DNA of 64,000 nucleotides, taken from the NCBI GenBank assembly GCA_035512975.1, contig DATKCX010000306.1:11372-75371 (forward strand). Direction: 5' to 3'. Shown piece after piece: positions 38,761 through 47,441 of this stretch. The position numbers and the translations under genes are program-made. This DNA comes from Ilumatobacter sp. Its GTDB lineage: Bacteria; Actinomycetota; Acidimicrobiia; Acidimicrobiales; Ilumatobacteraceae. The notes beneath the pieces are model-generated. The model was not told the DNA's origin and made no database searches. It worked only from the letters and a program-made list of their open reading frames with translations. Numbering within the stretch: the stretch's first letter is position 1; the number at the start of each line of letters is the position of its first letter.

Positions 38761-40299
38761 GACGGCGCGATCCGTGCCTTCCCAGAACGGGGCTCTGAGC
38801 TCGCGTTTGAGGATCTTGCCAGGCCCAGATTTGGGGAGCGGGTCGGTCTGGAACGACACCGACTTGGGCACCTTGTACGAGGCGATGAGTTCGCGGCAGT
38901 GGGCGATGAGTTCCACCTCGGTCAGATCGTGTTCATCGCGGAGCACCACCACAGCGTGAACCGCTTCGCCCCATCGCTCGTCGGGCACACCGATCACCGT
39001 GGCTTCCAGCACCGACGGATGTTGGTAGATGGCGTCTTCCACCTCGGTGCAGTACACGTTCTCGCCACCCGACACGATCATGTCTTTGGCGCGATCGACC
39101 AGGTACAGGTAGCCATCTTCGTCGAGATATCCCACATCACCGGTGCGATACCAGCCGTCTGCACTGAGCGCGGCGGCAGTCTGTTCGGGTTTGTTCCAGT
39201 AGCCCGCCATCACGTTCGGCCCGCGCACTGCCACCTCCCCAATTCCTGTAACCGGCCCAATTCCTGTAACCGGCCCAACTCCTGCAACCGGGTCGACGAT
39301 GGCGACTTCGATGCCGGGGTACGCCCGGCCGCAACTGCGACCACGGTCGGTGCCGAGGTACGTCTCTTCGTGGCGATTGATCGTGGTCAGTGGCGACAAC
39401 TCTGTCGCTCCGTACAGGTGAATCAGCTCGCAGCCGACGAGTTCGCTCGTACGGCGCAGCACCTTCTGGGTGACAGGGGAGGCGCCGTGCGACAGCCATC
39501 GCAGGGAGGACACGTCGGTTGGCTGGTTCGTCAACGCTTCGCACACTGCCGACATCATCGTGGGCACGAGAAGTACACCGGTGACCCGTTCAGAGGCAAT
39601 GACGTCGAGGGTCTGGTGAGGTTCGAACGCAGGCAGGATGATGTTCGCCGCGCCAGCCCACGCGATCGCATACACGTACGCAACGCCTGCGGCGTGGAAC
39701 ATCGGTGCCACCGTGAGATAGCGGTCGTCGTGCTCGAACGGCTGCACCAGTTGCGAGTGCACGGCGTTGGCCATCAGGTTGCGATGACTCAGCATGACTC
39801 CCTTCGAGGTGCCCGTGGTTCCTCCGGTGTAGAACAAACCAGCGATCGAATCCGGCGTGAGTTCCGGTGGTGTGAACTCGGCTGGATCGGCGGCGGCGAT
39901 GCGCTCGCCATAGTCGTTGCGACCATCCACCGTGTCGAGTCGAATCACTTGATCCACGAGGTCGGCCAGACCGCCGGGGTCGCGGTCACAGATCAACACG
40001 CTGGCACCGGCATCGGCGGTGGCGTAGGCGAGTTCGGGCTCCGCCCACCGTGTGTTGTGGGGAACGATCACCCTGCCGGCGGACGGGACGCCGATGAACA
40101 ACTCGAGGTACCGGTCGGAGTTGTTGGCCCACAACGCGATGCGGTCACCAGGCTCGCTGAGCGAAGACAGGAGTGCACCCACCCGATCGACGCGATCGGC
40201 GAGCTCTCGATAGGTCTGGGTACGACCCCCACACACCGTTGCCGTGCGACCTGGATGCTGTGCCAACGCATGTCGCATCGGCTCACGAACGGTGTACAT
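38755..40299 (-). CDS. Long-chain fatty acid-CoA ligase (AMP-binding)
   Basis: YTGGTTGTSKG, YGATE, YRTGD, IVSGGENVY and KSGPGKILK. Confidence 0.92.
   Translation of the reverse strand: MYTVREPMRHALAQHPGRTATVCGGRTQTYRELADRVDRVGALLSSLSEPGDRIALWANNSDRYLELFIGVPSAGRVIVPHNTRWAEPELAYATADAGASVLICDRDPGGLADLVDQVIRLDTVDGRNDYGERIAAADPAEFTPPELTPDSIAGLFYTGGTTGTSKGVMLSHRNLMANAVHSQLVQPFEHDDRYLTVAPMFHAAGVAYVYAIAWAGAANIILPAFEPHQTLDVIASERVTGVLLVPTMMSAVCEALTNQPTDVSSLRWLSHGASPVTQKVLRRTSELVGCELIHLYGATELSPLTTINRHEETYLGTDRGRSCGRAYPGIEVAIVDPVAGVGPVTGIGPVTGIGEVAVRGPNVMAGYWNKPEQTAAALSADGWYRTGDVGYLDEDGYLYLVDRAKDMIVSGGENVYCTEVEDAIYQHPSVLEATVIGVPDERWGEAVHAVVVLRDEHDLTEVELIAHCRELIASYKVPKSVSFQTDPLPKSGPGKILKRELRAPFWEGTDRAVN
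39238..39291 (-). repeat. 18-bp in-frame tandem repeat x3 (VTGIGP) inside the CoA ligase
   Basis: aattcctgtaaccggccc twice plus a degenerate third copy. Confidence 0.9.
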
Positions 40300-41081
40300 C
40301 AGCCACCTGAGGAAGACGGATCGATGCGGGCTTGCAGCACCACTTCGTCAGACCGTTCGGCAACGCCCTCGTTCTGAACGGTGATCAGCAGCGTTGGGTA
40401 GTCGTCGGTGGTGACGCCGGCCCACAAGATGATCTGGCCGTCGCCTCCGCGCATGTGGAACGTTCCGGCGCTCACGTTGCTTCCGGATTGCCGGTTCATC
40501 CACGCCTCGTAGTACGTGCCCGGCTCGGCGGGCGGTAAGCCGACGACGTCGAGACGAATCCACGTGCCGAGCGCCAAGTCGCTCACCTCCGCGGTGGCGG
40601 TGGAACTCGGTGCACCCGCTGGAGGTGTCATCGCCACCACGAAGTCGCCGGTGATGGTGCCGGGAATGGTGCCGGGGATTGCTTCGGTGGCGGGTGAGTC
40701 GCCATCGTCGATGATGGAGTAGGACGCGATCGCGATCGCGGCTGCGGCGACCCCGAGGGCAATCGGCTCCAGCCGGCGACGCAGCGCGCCAGCGCGCTGC
40801 CGGGAACGTGTTGGCGGCCTGCGATCCATGAGTAGTCGTTCATCTGCTTGCGATTCGCGACGAATGGCCGCGACGATCTCGTCGGCAGTGGGCAACGACC
40901 CGGCTGGTTCGTCGGAGTCCCACACCGCATCAAGCCGCAGCAAGTGCGCGATCGAGCCGCCGTCGAGCGCGTTCGCACCATCATTCATCTGGGCATCCAT
41001 CTGGGCATCGATCTGGGCATCCATCTGGGCATCCATCTGGGCATCGATGTCGTCGTCTCGAGGATCAAGCGGGTGGGTCAT
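40299..41081 (-). CDS. Anti-sigma factor (RskA-like), single TM
   Basis: TM LGVAAAAIAIASY; C-terminal GLPPAEPGTYYEAWM..VSAGTF; coupled to the ECF gene by ATGA. Confidence 0.82.
   Translation of the reverse strand: MTHPLDPRDDDIDAQMDAQMDAQIDAQMDAQMNDGANALDGGSIAHLLRLDAVWDSDEPAGSLPTADEIVAAIRRESQADERLLMDRRPPTRSRQRAGALRRRLEPIALGVAAAAIAIASYSIIDDGDSPATEAIPGTIPGTITGDFVVAMTPPAGAPSSTATAEVSDLALGTWIRLDVVGLPPAEPGTYYEAWMNRQSGSNVSAGTFHMRGGDGQIILWAGVTTDDYPTLLITVQNEGVAERSDEVVLQARIDPSSSGG
40986..41045 (-). repeat. 12-bp tandem repeat x5 encoding (DAQM/I)
   Basis: catctgggcatc units at 40986-41045. Confidence 0.95.
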
Positions 41082-41695
41082 TGCTGGTGCTCCGTGTTGT
41101 GTTCACTCATCACTACGGTCTGACTCTCGGATTGGTTCGCCGGAGCCATGTGGGCGAGTGCGGCAGCGAGTTGCCGATGCGCACGGTGAGATCGAGACTT
41201 CACCGTGCCCACGGGAATGCCGAGCCGCTCGGCGATCTGCTCGTGGGGGAGCCCTTCGTGATGGCTCATGCGGATCACGTCGCGCAGTTCCGCCGGCAAC
41301 TCGTCGACGGCGCGCCGCACTTCGAACGCTTCCCAGGTTCGCTCGAGACCCACAGGCATCACGGGGACGTCGACTTCAGGGGCGTGATCACGGTGCGCCG
41401 GGCGGTGCTCCCGGCGGGCAATGTCGATCGCGGCGTGCCGGGCGATCGAGTACAGCCACGGCCCCATGCCGCGTTCCGGGTCGCGTTGATCGGCATCGTC
41501 GCGCACGGTCGCCGCGGCACGCCACGCTTTGAGCATGGTGTCTTGCACCGCCTCGGCGACGAGTTCCGAATCACCCAGAATCGAACGGGCTACGGCACCG
41601 ATCGCTCCGCCGTACCGCTCATAGACCAGGCGTACAGCGGCCTCGTCGCCGTCGCGAAATCGGGCGGTGAGATCGTCGATGCCGTGCGCCCACAT
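41078..41695 (-). CDS. ECF RNA polymerase sigma-70 factor (SigK-like)
   Basis: AEAVQDTMLKAW, WLYSIARHAAID and IAERLGIPVGTVKSR. Confidence 0.92.
   Translation of the reverse strand: MWAHGIDDLTARFRDGDEAAVRLVYERYGGAIGAVARSILGDSELVAEAVQDTMLKAWRAAATVRDDADQRDPERGMGPWLYSIARHAAIDIARREHRPAHRDHAPEVDVPVMPVGLERTWEAFEVRRAVDELPAELRDVIRMSHHEGLPHEQIAERLGIPVGTVKSRSHRAHRQLAAALAHMAPANQSESQTVVMSEHNTEHQQ
41114..41140 (-). promoter_or_regulatory. Candidate ECF promoter GCGAACCAA-N14-CGTA inside the sigma gene 3' end, facing the anti-sigma gene
   Basis: Minus strand reads GCGAACCAATCCGAGAGTCAGACCGTA; same layout as 41736-41762. Confidence 0.65.
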
Positions 41696-41735
41696 GGGTG
41701 CTCATCCTGGCGCACGGAAGAAACATCGGCAAGGC

Positions 41736-41762
41736 GCGAACCAAACCGGCGATCGGTGCGTA
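41736..41762 (+). promoter_or_regulatory. Candidate ECF promoter GCGAACCAA-N14-CGTA upstream of the lipoprotein
   Basis: GCGAACCAAACCGGCGATCGGTGCGTA, 9 nt before ATG 41772. Confidence 0.65.
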
Positions 41763-41771
41763 TGGAGGGGT

Positions 41772-42800
41772 ATGAATCGTTCATCGCTCTCTCCACACCA
41801 ATTCCGTCTGTCCTCCTCGTTGCGCTCCGTCATCGCCGCGGGCGCGTTGCTCGCGATCTCGGCCTGCGGCGGTGACGACGAGTCGACCGCCACCACAGCG
41901 GACGCAGTCGTCGCGACAACCGGGGCCGCAGCCACGACCGAAGCGGTGAGTGCTGACGCCGCACCCACGGTGGCGCTTGCCACCACATCGTTGGGTGACG
42001 TCTTGGTCGACGCCGACGGCTTCACGTTGTACGGGTTCACGCCAGACAGCGGCGGTGTCCCCACCTGCTACGACGTCTGCGCCGCCGACTGGCCGCCCAC
42101 GATTGTCGAATCGGTCGACGCCGTCACCATCGGCGACGGCCTCGATGCCTCCATGTTCACCACGGTCGAACGCGACGACGGCGCACTGCAGATCGCTGTC
42201 GACGGTTGGCCGCTGTACTCGTTCGCTGGCGACCAAGGTCCTGGCGATGTCAACGGTCAAGGCGTCGGTGGCATCTGGTACGTCGTCAACGCAGACGGAG
42301 CGATGCTCGTACCCGACAGCGAGGCATCGGCCACCACGGCGGTCGCGAGTCTCGATGACCTGTACAACCAGGGCGACGCGTCTGCGAGCGACGATGACAG
42401 TGCCGCAGATGACAGTGCCGCAGATGACGGTGCCGCAAATGACGGTGCCGCAGTCGTGGGCGTCGCGACCACGCCGGTGGGCGAGGTGTTGGTCAACCCG
42501 GCCGGTTTCACCATCTACGGCTTTGTGCCCGACGAAGGCGGCGTTCCCACGTGCTACGACCAGTGCGCAGCAAACTGGCCGCCCGTGATCGTGGACACAG
42601 CCACGATCGACGCTGGTGACGAGTTCGACCCGGCGATGTTCGACACGGTGGAGCGCACCGATGGTGCGCGGCAACTCACCGTGGGTGGATGGCCGGTCTA
42701 CTTGTTCGTCGGTGACGTAGGTCCCGGCGACGCCAGCGGACATGGCGCGGGTGGCACCTGGTTCGCCGTGAACAGCGATGGTGTCCCCGTCGACATGTGA
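41772..42800 (+). CDS. COG4315-type secreted-repeat lipoprotein (Yx[FWY]xxD motif, duplicated module)
   Basis: Lipobox AISAC; two copies of GFTLYGFTPD..CYDxCAAxWPP..GWPLY/VY.F.GD.GPGD. Confidence 0.85.
   Translation: MNRSSLSPHQFRLSSSLRSVIAAGALLAISACGGDDESTATTADAVVATTGAAATTEAVSADAAPTVALATTSLGDVLVDADGFTLYGFTPDSGGVPTCYDVCAADWPPTIVESVDAVTIGDGLDASMFTTVERDDGALQIAVDGWPLYSFAGDQGPGDVNGQGVGGIWYVVNADGAMLVPDSEASATTAVASLDDLYNQGDASASDDDSAADDSAADDGAANDGAAVVGVATTPVGEVLVNPAGFTIYGFVPDEGGVPTCYDQCAANWPPVIVDTATIDAGDEFDPAMFDTVERTDGARQLTVGGWPVYLFVGDVGPGDASGHGAGGTWFAVNSDGVPVDM
42393..42452 (+). repeat. 15-bp tandem repeat x4 (DDSAA/DDGAA linker)
   Basis: gatgacagtgccgca-type units. Confidence 0.9.
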
Positions 42801-42818
42801 GACATGTGCGACATGTGA
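42792..42818. repeat. 9-bp tandem repeat x3 (GACATGTGM) overlapping the lipoprotein stop
   Basis: gacatgtga gacatgtgc gacatgtga. Confidence 0.9.
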
Positions 42819-42836
42819 AGAGTCGCGGCGAAACGG

Positions 42837-44252
42837 CTAATGCAGCAGCTTCTTCTGCACCTTGCCCATGGCATTGCGTGGGAGTTCGCTCACGATGCGA
42901 ATCTCGCGAGGTCGTTTGTGGACCGACAACAAACTGGCCACATGGCTGATCAGCGTGGCCGAATCACAACCTGCGCCAACAACCACCGCAACCACACGTT
43001 CCCCGAGGTCGTCGTCCGGCACGCCGATGACGGCGGCCTCGGTAACGGAAGCGTGGGTCAACAGCGCCGCCTCGACTTCGCCCGCTCCGACCTTGTAGCC
43101 GCCGGTCTTGATGATGTCGATCGACGATCGCCCAACCACCCGGTGAAAGCCGTCCCCGTCGATGACGACCGAATCGCCGGTGATGAACCATCCGTCGGCG
43201 GTGGTGGATTCCGCCGTTGCGTCTGGTCGATTGAGGTAGCCGGTGCACAACGTCGGCCCAGTGACCTCCAACCCGCCGATCGTTTCGCCGTCGTGTGGCA
43301 GGGCGTTGCCGTCGTCGTCCCGAAGCCGCGTCTGTATTCGGGCGAGTGGTGTGCCCACGCATCCGGGGCGGCGTTCGCCGTCGGCTCGGGTGCTCAGCGT
43401 GATCAGCGTTTCGGTCATGCCGTAACGCTCGACCGGTACCTGCCCGATCGTTGCCTGCATCTGTTCGAACACCGCAACGGGCAGCGGGGCGCTGCCCGAC
43501 ACGAGCAACCGACTCGGAGCCAGCGCAGCAGCCGCCGATGAGTCGGCAACCACCCGTGACCACACGGTCGGAACGCCGAAGAACATGGTGGCACCGAGGT
43601 TGTGTGCCGCCTCGGCGTAGCGCTCGGGGGTGGGTTTGCCGGTGTGGACCACACGTGAGCCCACCCGCAGAGCGCCGAGGATGCCGAGGATCAGTCCGTG
43701 CACGTGGAACAACGGCAGCCCGTGGGCGAGCGTGTCGTCGGGGGTCCACGCCCAGGCTGCTGCGAGCGCGTCGAGGTCGGCTGCAATCGCGCGGTGGGAG
43801 ATCATCACACCCTTCGGCAGACCGGTGGTGCCCGACGTGTACATGATGATCGCCGTGTCGGCGACATCCACGACGGGTGCCACATGCGAAACGGATCGCA
43901 TCGCGTTGGTAGGGACGGTCAGCCGGTGGAGTGCGGCTTCTGGCCAATCGGGACTTCCCAGGACCACGGTTGCACCCGAGTCGCGCAGGATGTGCTCGCG
44001 TTCCATCGGGCCGGCGTCGTCAGGCACCGGCACGATGGGGATCCCCCAGCGCATGCATGCCGCGACCGCGATGATCGTGTCGAGCTTGGCGGTACCGGGC
44101 ACCGCGACTGCCGGAGCGCCGAGCAGTTGCGCGCCGAGTGCGTCGGCGCGAGCGGCGAGGTGTTCCCACGATGTGGCCTCGCCCCCGACGATCACCGACC
44201 GGTCGGAGTCGGCACGCAGGCCGTGCCCGTTGAGTGCGGTGAGGATGCTCAT
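42837..44252 (-). CDS. Acyl-CoA synthetase (MatB-like AMP-binding)
   Basis: YTSGTTGLPKG, LPLFHVHG, ERYGMTET, FITGD and PRNAMGKVQK; TACCCT upstream of the ATG. Confidence 0.9.
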   Translation of the reverse strand: MSILTALNGHGLRADSDRSVIVGGEATSWEHLAARADALGAQLLGAPAVAVPGTAKLDTIIAVAACMRWGIPIVPVPDDAGPMEREHILRDSGATVVLGSPDWPEAALHRLTVPTNAMRSVSHVAPVVDVADTAIIMYTSGTTGLPKGVMISHRAIAADLDALAAAWAWTPDDTLAHGLPLFHVHGLILGILGALRVGSRVVHTGKPTPERYAEAAHNLGATMFFGVPTVWSRVVADSSAAAALAPSRLLVSGSAPLPVAVFEQMQATIGQVPVERYGMTETLITLSTRADGERRPGCVGTPLARIQTRLRDDDGNALPHDGETIGGLEVTGPTLCTGYLNRPDATAESTTADGWFITGDSVVIDGDGFHRVVGRSSIDIIKTGGYKVGAGEVEAALLTHASVTEAAVIGVPDDDLGERVVAVVVGAGCDSATLISHVASLLSVHKRPREIRIVSELPRNAMGKVQKKLLH

Positions 44253-44358
44253 CGCAGTTCAGGGTAGAGAACGCCGCGCCATCAGGGTAAGCCGGGTGCG
44301 TAGGTTGCTAGTCGGCCAACAACTTTCCAAGACTGATCGCGACTGGCAGACTCGTCGC

Positions 44359-44991
44359 ATGCCGGTCCCCACGCGTCAAGCGGAACGCACCGAGCGTTCG
44401 ACGGAAGCGCTGCTCGACGCTGCCGCCGAACTCATCGCAGAAGGTGGACTGGCGTCGATGACCTTCGCCGCGATCGGCGAACGGGCCGGTTACAGCAGAG
44501 GTTTGGTGACCGCCCGGTTCGGTTCACGCGCTGGTCTGGTGAACGCCCTCGTGAGCCGAACCTGGGGACAGTTCCACGTGCGCCGTGCCGCGATCACGCA
44601 GGCTGGCCAACCCGCCTTCGCTCGCTTGATGTCACTCGTCACCGCGATCCGTCAGTACGCACAGGAAGATCCACGGAACGTGCGGGCGCTGTTCGCCTTG
44701 ATGTTCGAGGCGCTCGGACCCGACGAAGCGTTGCGTGAACGAATGGCACAGTTCCACCAGGCGATGCGCGACGACATCGCAGCGCTCGTCGAGGCAGGGC
44801 GCGCCGACGGGTCGATCAGCCCATCGATCGATCCACAGGCGACAGCTTTGATCCTCGTGGCACTGCTGCGCGGTCTCGCGTACCAATGGATGCTCGACCC
44901 CGTGTCGGTCGACCTCGCCGCCGCATACGACGTGATCCACGAACAAGTGGGCAATGCGCTCGCCGCCCCCGACCGTTCGAAGTCGTCGTGA
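44359..44991 (+). CDS. TetR/AcrR family transcriptional regulator
   Basis: LLDAAAELIAEGG..TFAAIGERAGYSRGLVTARFG HTH; start refined to ATG 44359. Confidence 0.9.
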   Translation: MPVPTRQAERTERSTEALLDAAAELIAEGGLASMTFAAIGERAGYSRGLVTARFGSRAGLVNALVSRTWGQFHVRRAAITQAGQPAFARLMSLVTAIRQYAQEDPRNVRALFALMFEALGPDEALRERMAQFHQAMRDDIAALVEAGRADGSISPSIDPQATALILVALLRGLAYQWMLDPVSVDLAAAYDVIHEQVGNALAAPDRSKSS

Positions 44992-44993
44992 CG

Positions 44994-46088
44994 TCAGTGC
45001 TTGATGTTGCGTCGCCGGCGCGCGTGCCGCTCGAGTGCCAGTTCGACCAGTCGGTCGATGATCTGCGGGTACGTCCAACCGCTCGCGATCAGCAGTTTCG
45101 GGTACATCGAGATGGGGGTGAACCCGGGCATCGTGTTCACCTCGTTGCACAGGAATCCACGCCCCGGTGAGCCGTCGGCGGCGCGTTCTTCGAGGAAGAA
45201 GTCGCATCGGGCAAGACCTTCGCAGCGCAGCGCCCGGTACACACGCAACGCCAGTTCCTGCACCTCGGCGGTCTGGTCGGTGGTGAGCGCAGCAGGGATC
45301 ACGCCGCTCGACACATCGTTGATGTACTTGTCGTCGTAGCTGTAGAACTCGTCACCGGGGATGATCTCACCGGGCACCGACACCTCAAGGTCGTGGTTGC
45401 CGATCACCGCCAGTTCGATCTCGCGGCCGACGATGCCTTCTTCGACCACGATCCACTCGTCGTAGGTGAGCGCATGATCGATTGCCGCACCCAACTCGTC
45501 GACCGTGTGCGCTTTGGTGACTCCCACCGACGATCCCATGTTGGCCGGCTTGACGAAACACGGCAGCCCGAGGTCTTCCGCCAGCTGGGCCGGAAGGCTG
45601 GGCGTGATCTGGTGCTCGGCAAAGGCACGAAACCGTGCCTGTGGGATGTTGTTGGCGAGCAATACTTGCTTTGCCATTGCTTTGTCCATGCCCACCGCAG
45701 AGCCGAGCACGCCGGCACCGGCGTACGCGACGTTGGCGAGCTCGAGCAGACCTTGCACCGTGCCGTCTTCGCCCATGGGGCCGTGCAGGAGGGGCAGCAC
45801 CACGGTCTGCTCGACGCTGTCGGTGATCGTGTCGACCATGTTCGACGTGGAGAGCGAATCGCCCTCCGGGTTCAAGCGGCCCGGCAGCGCCGATGGGCCA
45901 GCGGAGAGGGCCGCGGCTGCCTCGGTGGCGAGCGACCATTGCCCCGACGTGGAGATGCCAACCGGAGTGATCCGGTAACGGCTGGGGTCGGCAGCTGCCA
46001 ACACGTGTGCCGCGGTTGTGCAACTCACGTCGTGTTCGGCCGATTGCCCGCCGAACAGCACCACCAGATGAATGCGCTCGTCGCTCAC
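44994..46088 (-). CDS. ddl: D-alanine--D-alanine ligase
   Basis: LFGGQSAEHDVS, LHGPMGEDGTVQG, FVKPANMGSSVG, FYSYDDKY and EVNTMPGFT; start refined to GTG 46088. Confidence 0.95.
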   Translation of the reverse strand: MSDERIHLVVLFGGQSAEHDVSCTTAAHVLAAADPSRYRITPVGISTSGQWSLATEAAAALSAGPSALPGRLNPEGDSLSTSNMVDTITDSVEQTVVLPLLHGPMGEDGTVQGLLELANVAYAGAGVLGSAVGMDKAMAKQVLLANNIPQARFRAFAEHQITPSLPAQLAEDLGLPCFVKPANMGSSVGVTKAHTVDELGAAIDHALTYDEWIVVEEGIVGREIELAVIGNHDLEVSVPGEIIPGDEFYSYDDKYINDVSSGVIPAALTTDQTAEVQELALRVYRALRCEGLARCDFFLEERAADGSPGRGFLCNEVNTMPGFTPISMYPKLLIASGWTYPQIIDRLVELALERHARRRRNIKH

Positions 46089-46095
46089 GTGCGCG

Positions 46096-46105
46096 ACGGT
46101 ACCGT
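46096..46105. promoter_or_regulatory. Palindrome ACGGTACCGT giving TACCGT -10 boxes on both strands for ddl and murF
   Basis: 7 nt to the ddl GTG (minus) and 8 nt to the murF ATG (plus); only 25 bp between the starts. Confidence 0.6.
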
Positions 46106-46113
46106 TCCTTGCT

Positions 46114-47439
46114 ATGCGAATGCTGGCATCCCAAGTGGCCGAAGCAGCCGGCGGAGCGGTCGTCGGCCCAGACGTCGTCATCGAAGGTGCCTCGTTCGAT
46201 TCGCGCACGATCGTTGCCGGCCAGCTGTTCGTGCCACTCATCGCAGAGCGCGACGGCCATGAGTTCATTTCGCGAGCCGTCGAAGGCGGGGCCGTGGCGT
46301 ATCTGACCAGTCGGGGCCGGACCGCTTCGTTGGGTGCGACGGCGATCTTGGTGGACGACACCGCCGACGCGCTCATGCGGTTGGCGGCTTGGGGGCGTCA
46401 GCGCCTGCCCGGCCCGGTGGTCGCCGTCACCGGCAGCGTCGGAAAGACGAGCACGAAGGATCTCGTGCGCGCCGCGTTGGCACCGACGTTTCGAGTCGCC
46501 GCCAACGAACGCAGCTACAACAACGAGCAGGGCCTACCGGTCACCGTGCTCGGAGCTCCCGACGACACCGAGGTGTTGGTGGTGGAGATGGGAATGCGCG
46601 GGTTCGGCGAGATCACCCGCCTCTGTGACGTTGCCCGACCGAGCATCGGCGTCGTCACCGCCGTCGCTGGTGCCCACACCGAGCGCGTCGGCGGCATCGA
46701 GGGTGTCGCCGTGGCAAAACGCGAACTCGTGGAGGCGTTGCCGGCAGGCGGCGTGGCAGTGCTCAATGGTGACGATGCACGCGTGGCCGCGATGGCCGCG
46801 TACACCGATGCCACGGTCGTCATGTACGGCCGGTTGAGCCATCGCACCGTCGACGAGGTCATCGTTGTCGTGGCCGACCTCGAGCTCGACGCCTTCGCCC
46901 GGCCACGCTTCACTGTGCAGACACCATGGGGGAGTGAACGAGTCGAGTTGTCGGTCAGTGGTGAACACATGGCGTTCAACGCTGCTGCCGCGATCGCCGT
47001 CGCCGGCGTACTGCACGGGTCGATCGAAGCGGCGGTGGCCGCGCTTGAACACGCGAAGGTGTCAGCGCACCGGATGCAGGTGGGTCGCGCGTTGTCGGGC
47101 GCGACAATCGTCGACGATGCCTACAACGCGAACCCCGACTCCATGCGAGCTGCATTGAACGCGCTGGCGGCCATGTCTGCCAGGCGTCGCGTCGCTGTGC
47201 TCGGCCGGATGGCCGAACTCGACGATCCCGAAGCCGGACACCGGCAGGTTGCCGCCGACGCCGCCGAGCGCCGTATCGAGCTGATCGCAGTGGGCACAGA
47301 CCTGTACGGCGTCGAGCCGGCAGCCGACACCGCGAGCGCAGTTGCGGCCGTCGGCGAACTCAACGACGGCGACGCCGTGTTGGTCAAAGCCAGCAACAGC
47401 GCCGAACTCTGGCACGTGGCCGAAGCGCTCCTCGGGTGA
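46114..47439 (+). CDS. murF: UDP-MurNAc-tripeptide--D-Ala-D-Ala ligase
   Basis: VAVTGSVGKTSTK, NNEQGLP, EMGM, DDAYNANPDSM and LVKASN. Confidence 0.93.
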   Translation: MRMLASQVAEAAGGAVVGPDVVIEGASFDSRTIVAGQLFVPLIAERDGHEFISRAVEGGAVAYLTSRGRTASLGATAILVDDTADALMRLAAWGRQRLPGPVVAVTGSVGKTSTKDLVRAALAPTFRVAANERSYNNEQGLPVTVLGAPDDTEVLVVEMGMRGFGEITRLCDVARPSIGVVTAVAGAHTERVGGIEGVAVAKRELVEALPAGGVAVLNGDDARVAAMAAYTDATVVMYGRLSHRTVDEVIVVVADLELDAFARPRFTVQTPWGSERVELSVSGEHMAFNAAAAIAVAGVLHGSIEAAVAALEHAKVSAHRMQVGRALSGATIVDDAYNANPDSMRAALNALAAMSARRRVAVLGRMAELDDPEAGHRQVAADAAERRIELIAVGTDLYGVEPAADTASAVAAVGELNDGDAVLVKASNSAELWHVAEALLG

Positions 47440-47441
47440 GG

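Noticed and set aside
44994-46088. Vancomycin-resistance-type ligase
   Set aside because: The omega loop FYSYDDKY keeps the Tyr typical of D-Ala-D-Ala ligases, and there are no vanH/X/R/S genes.
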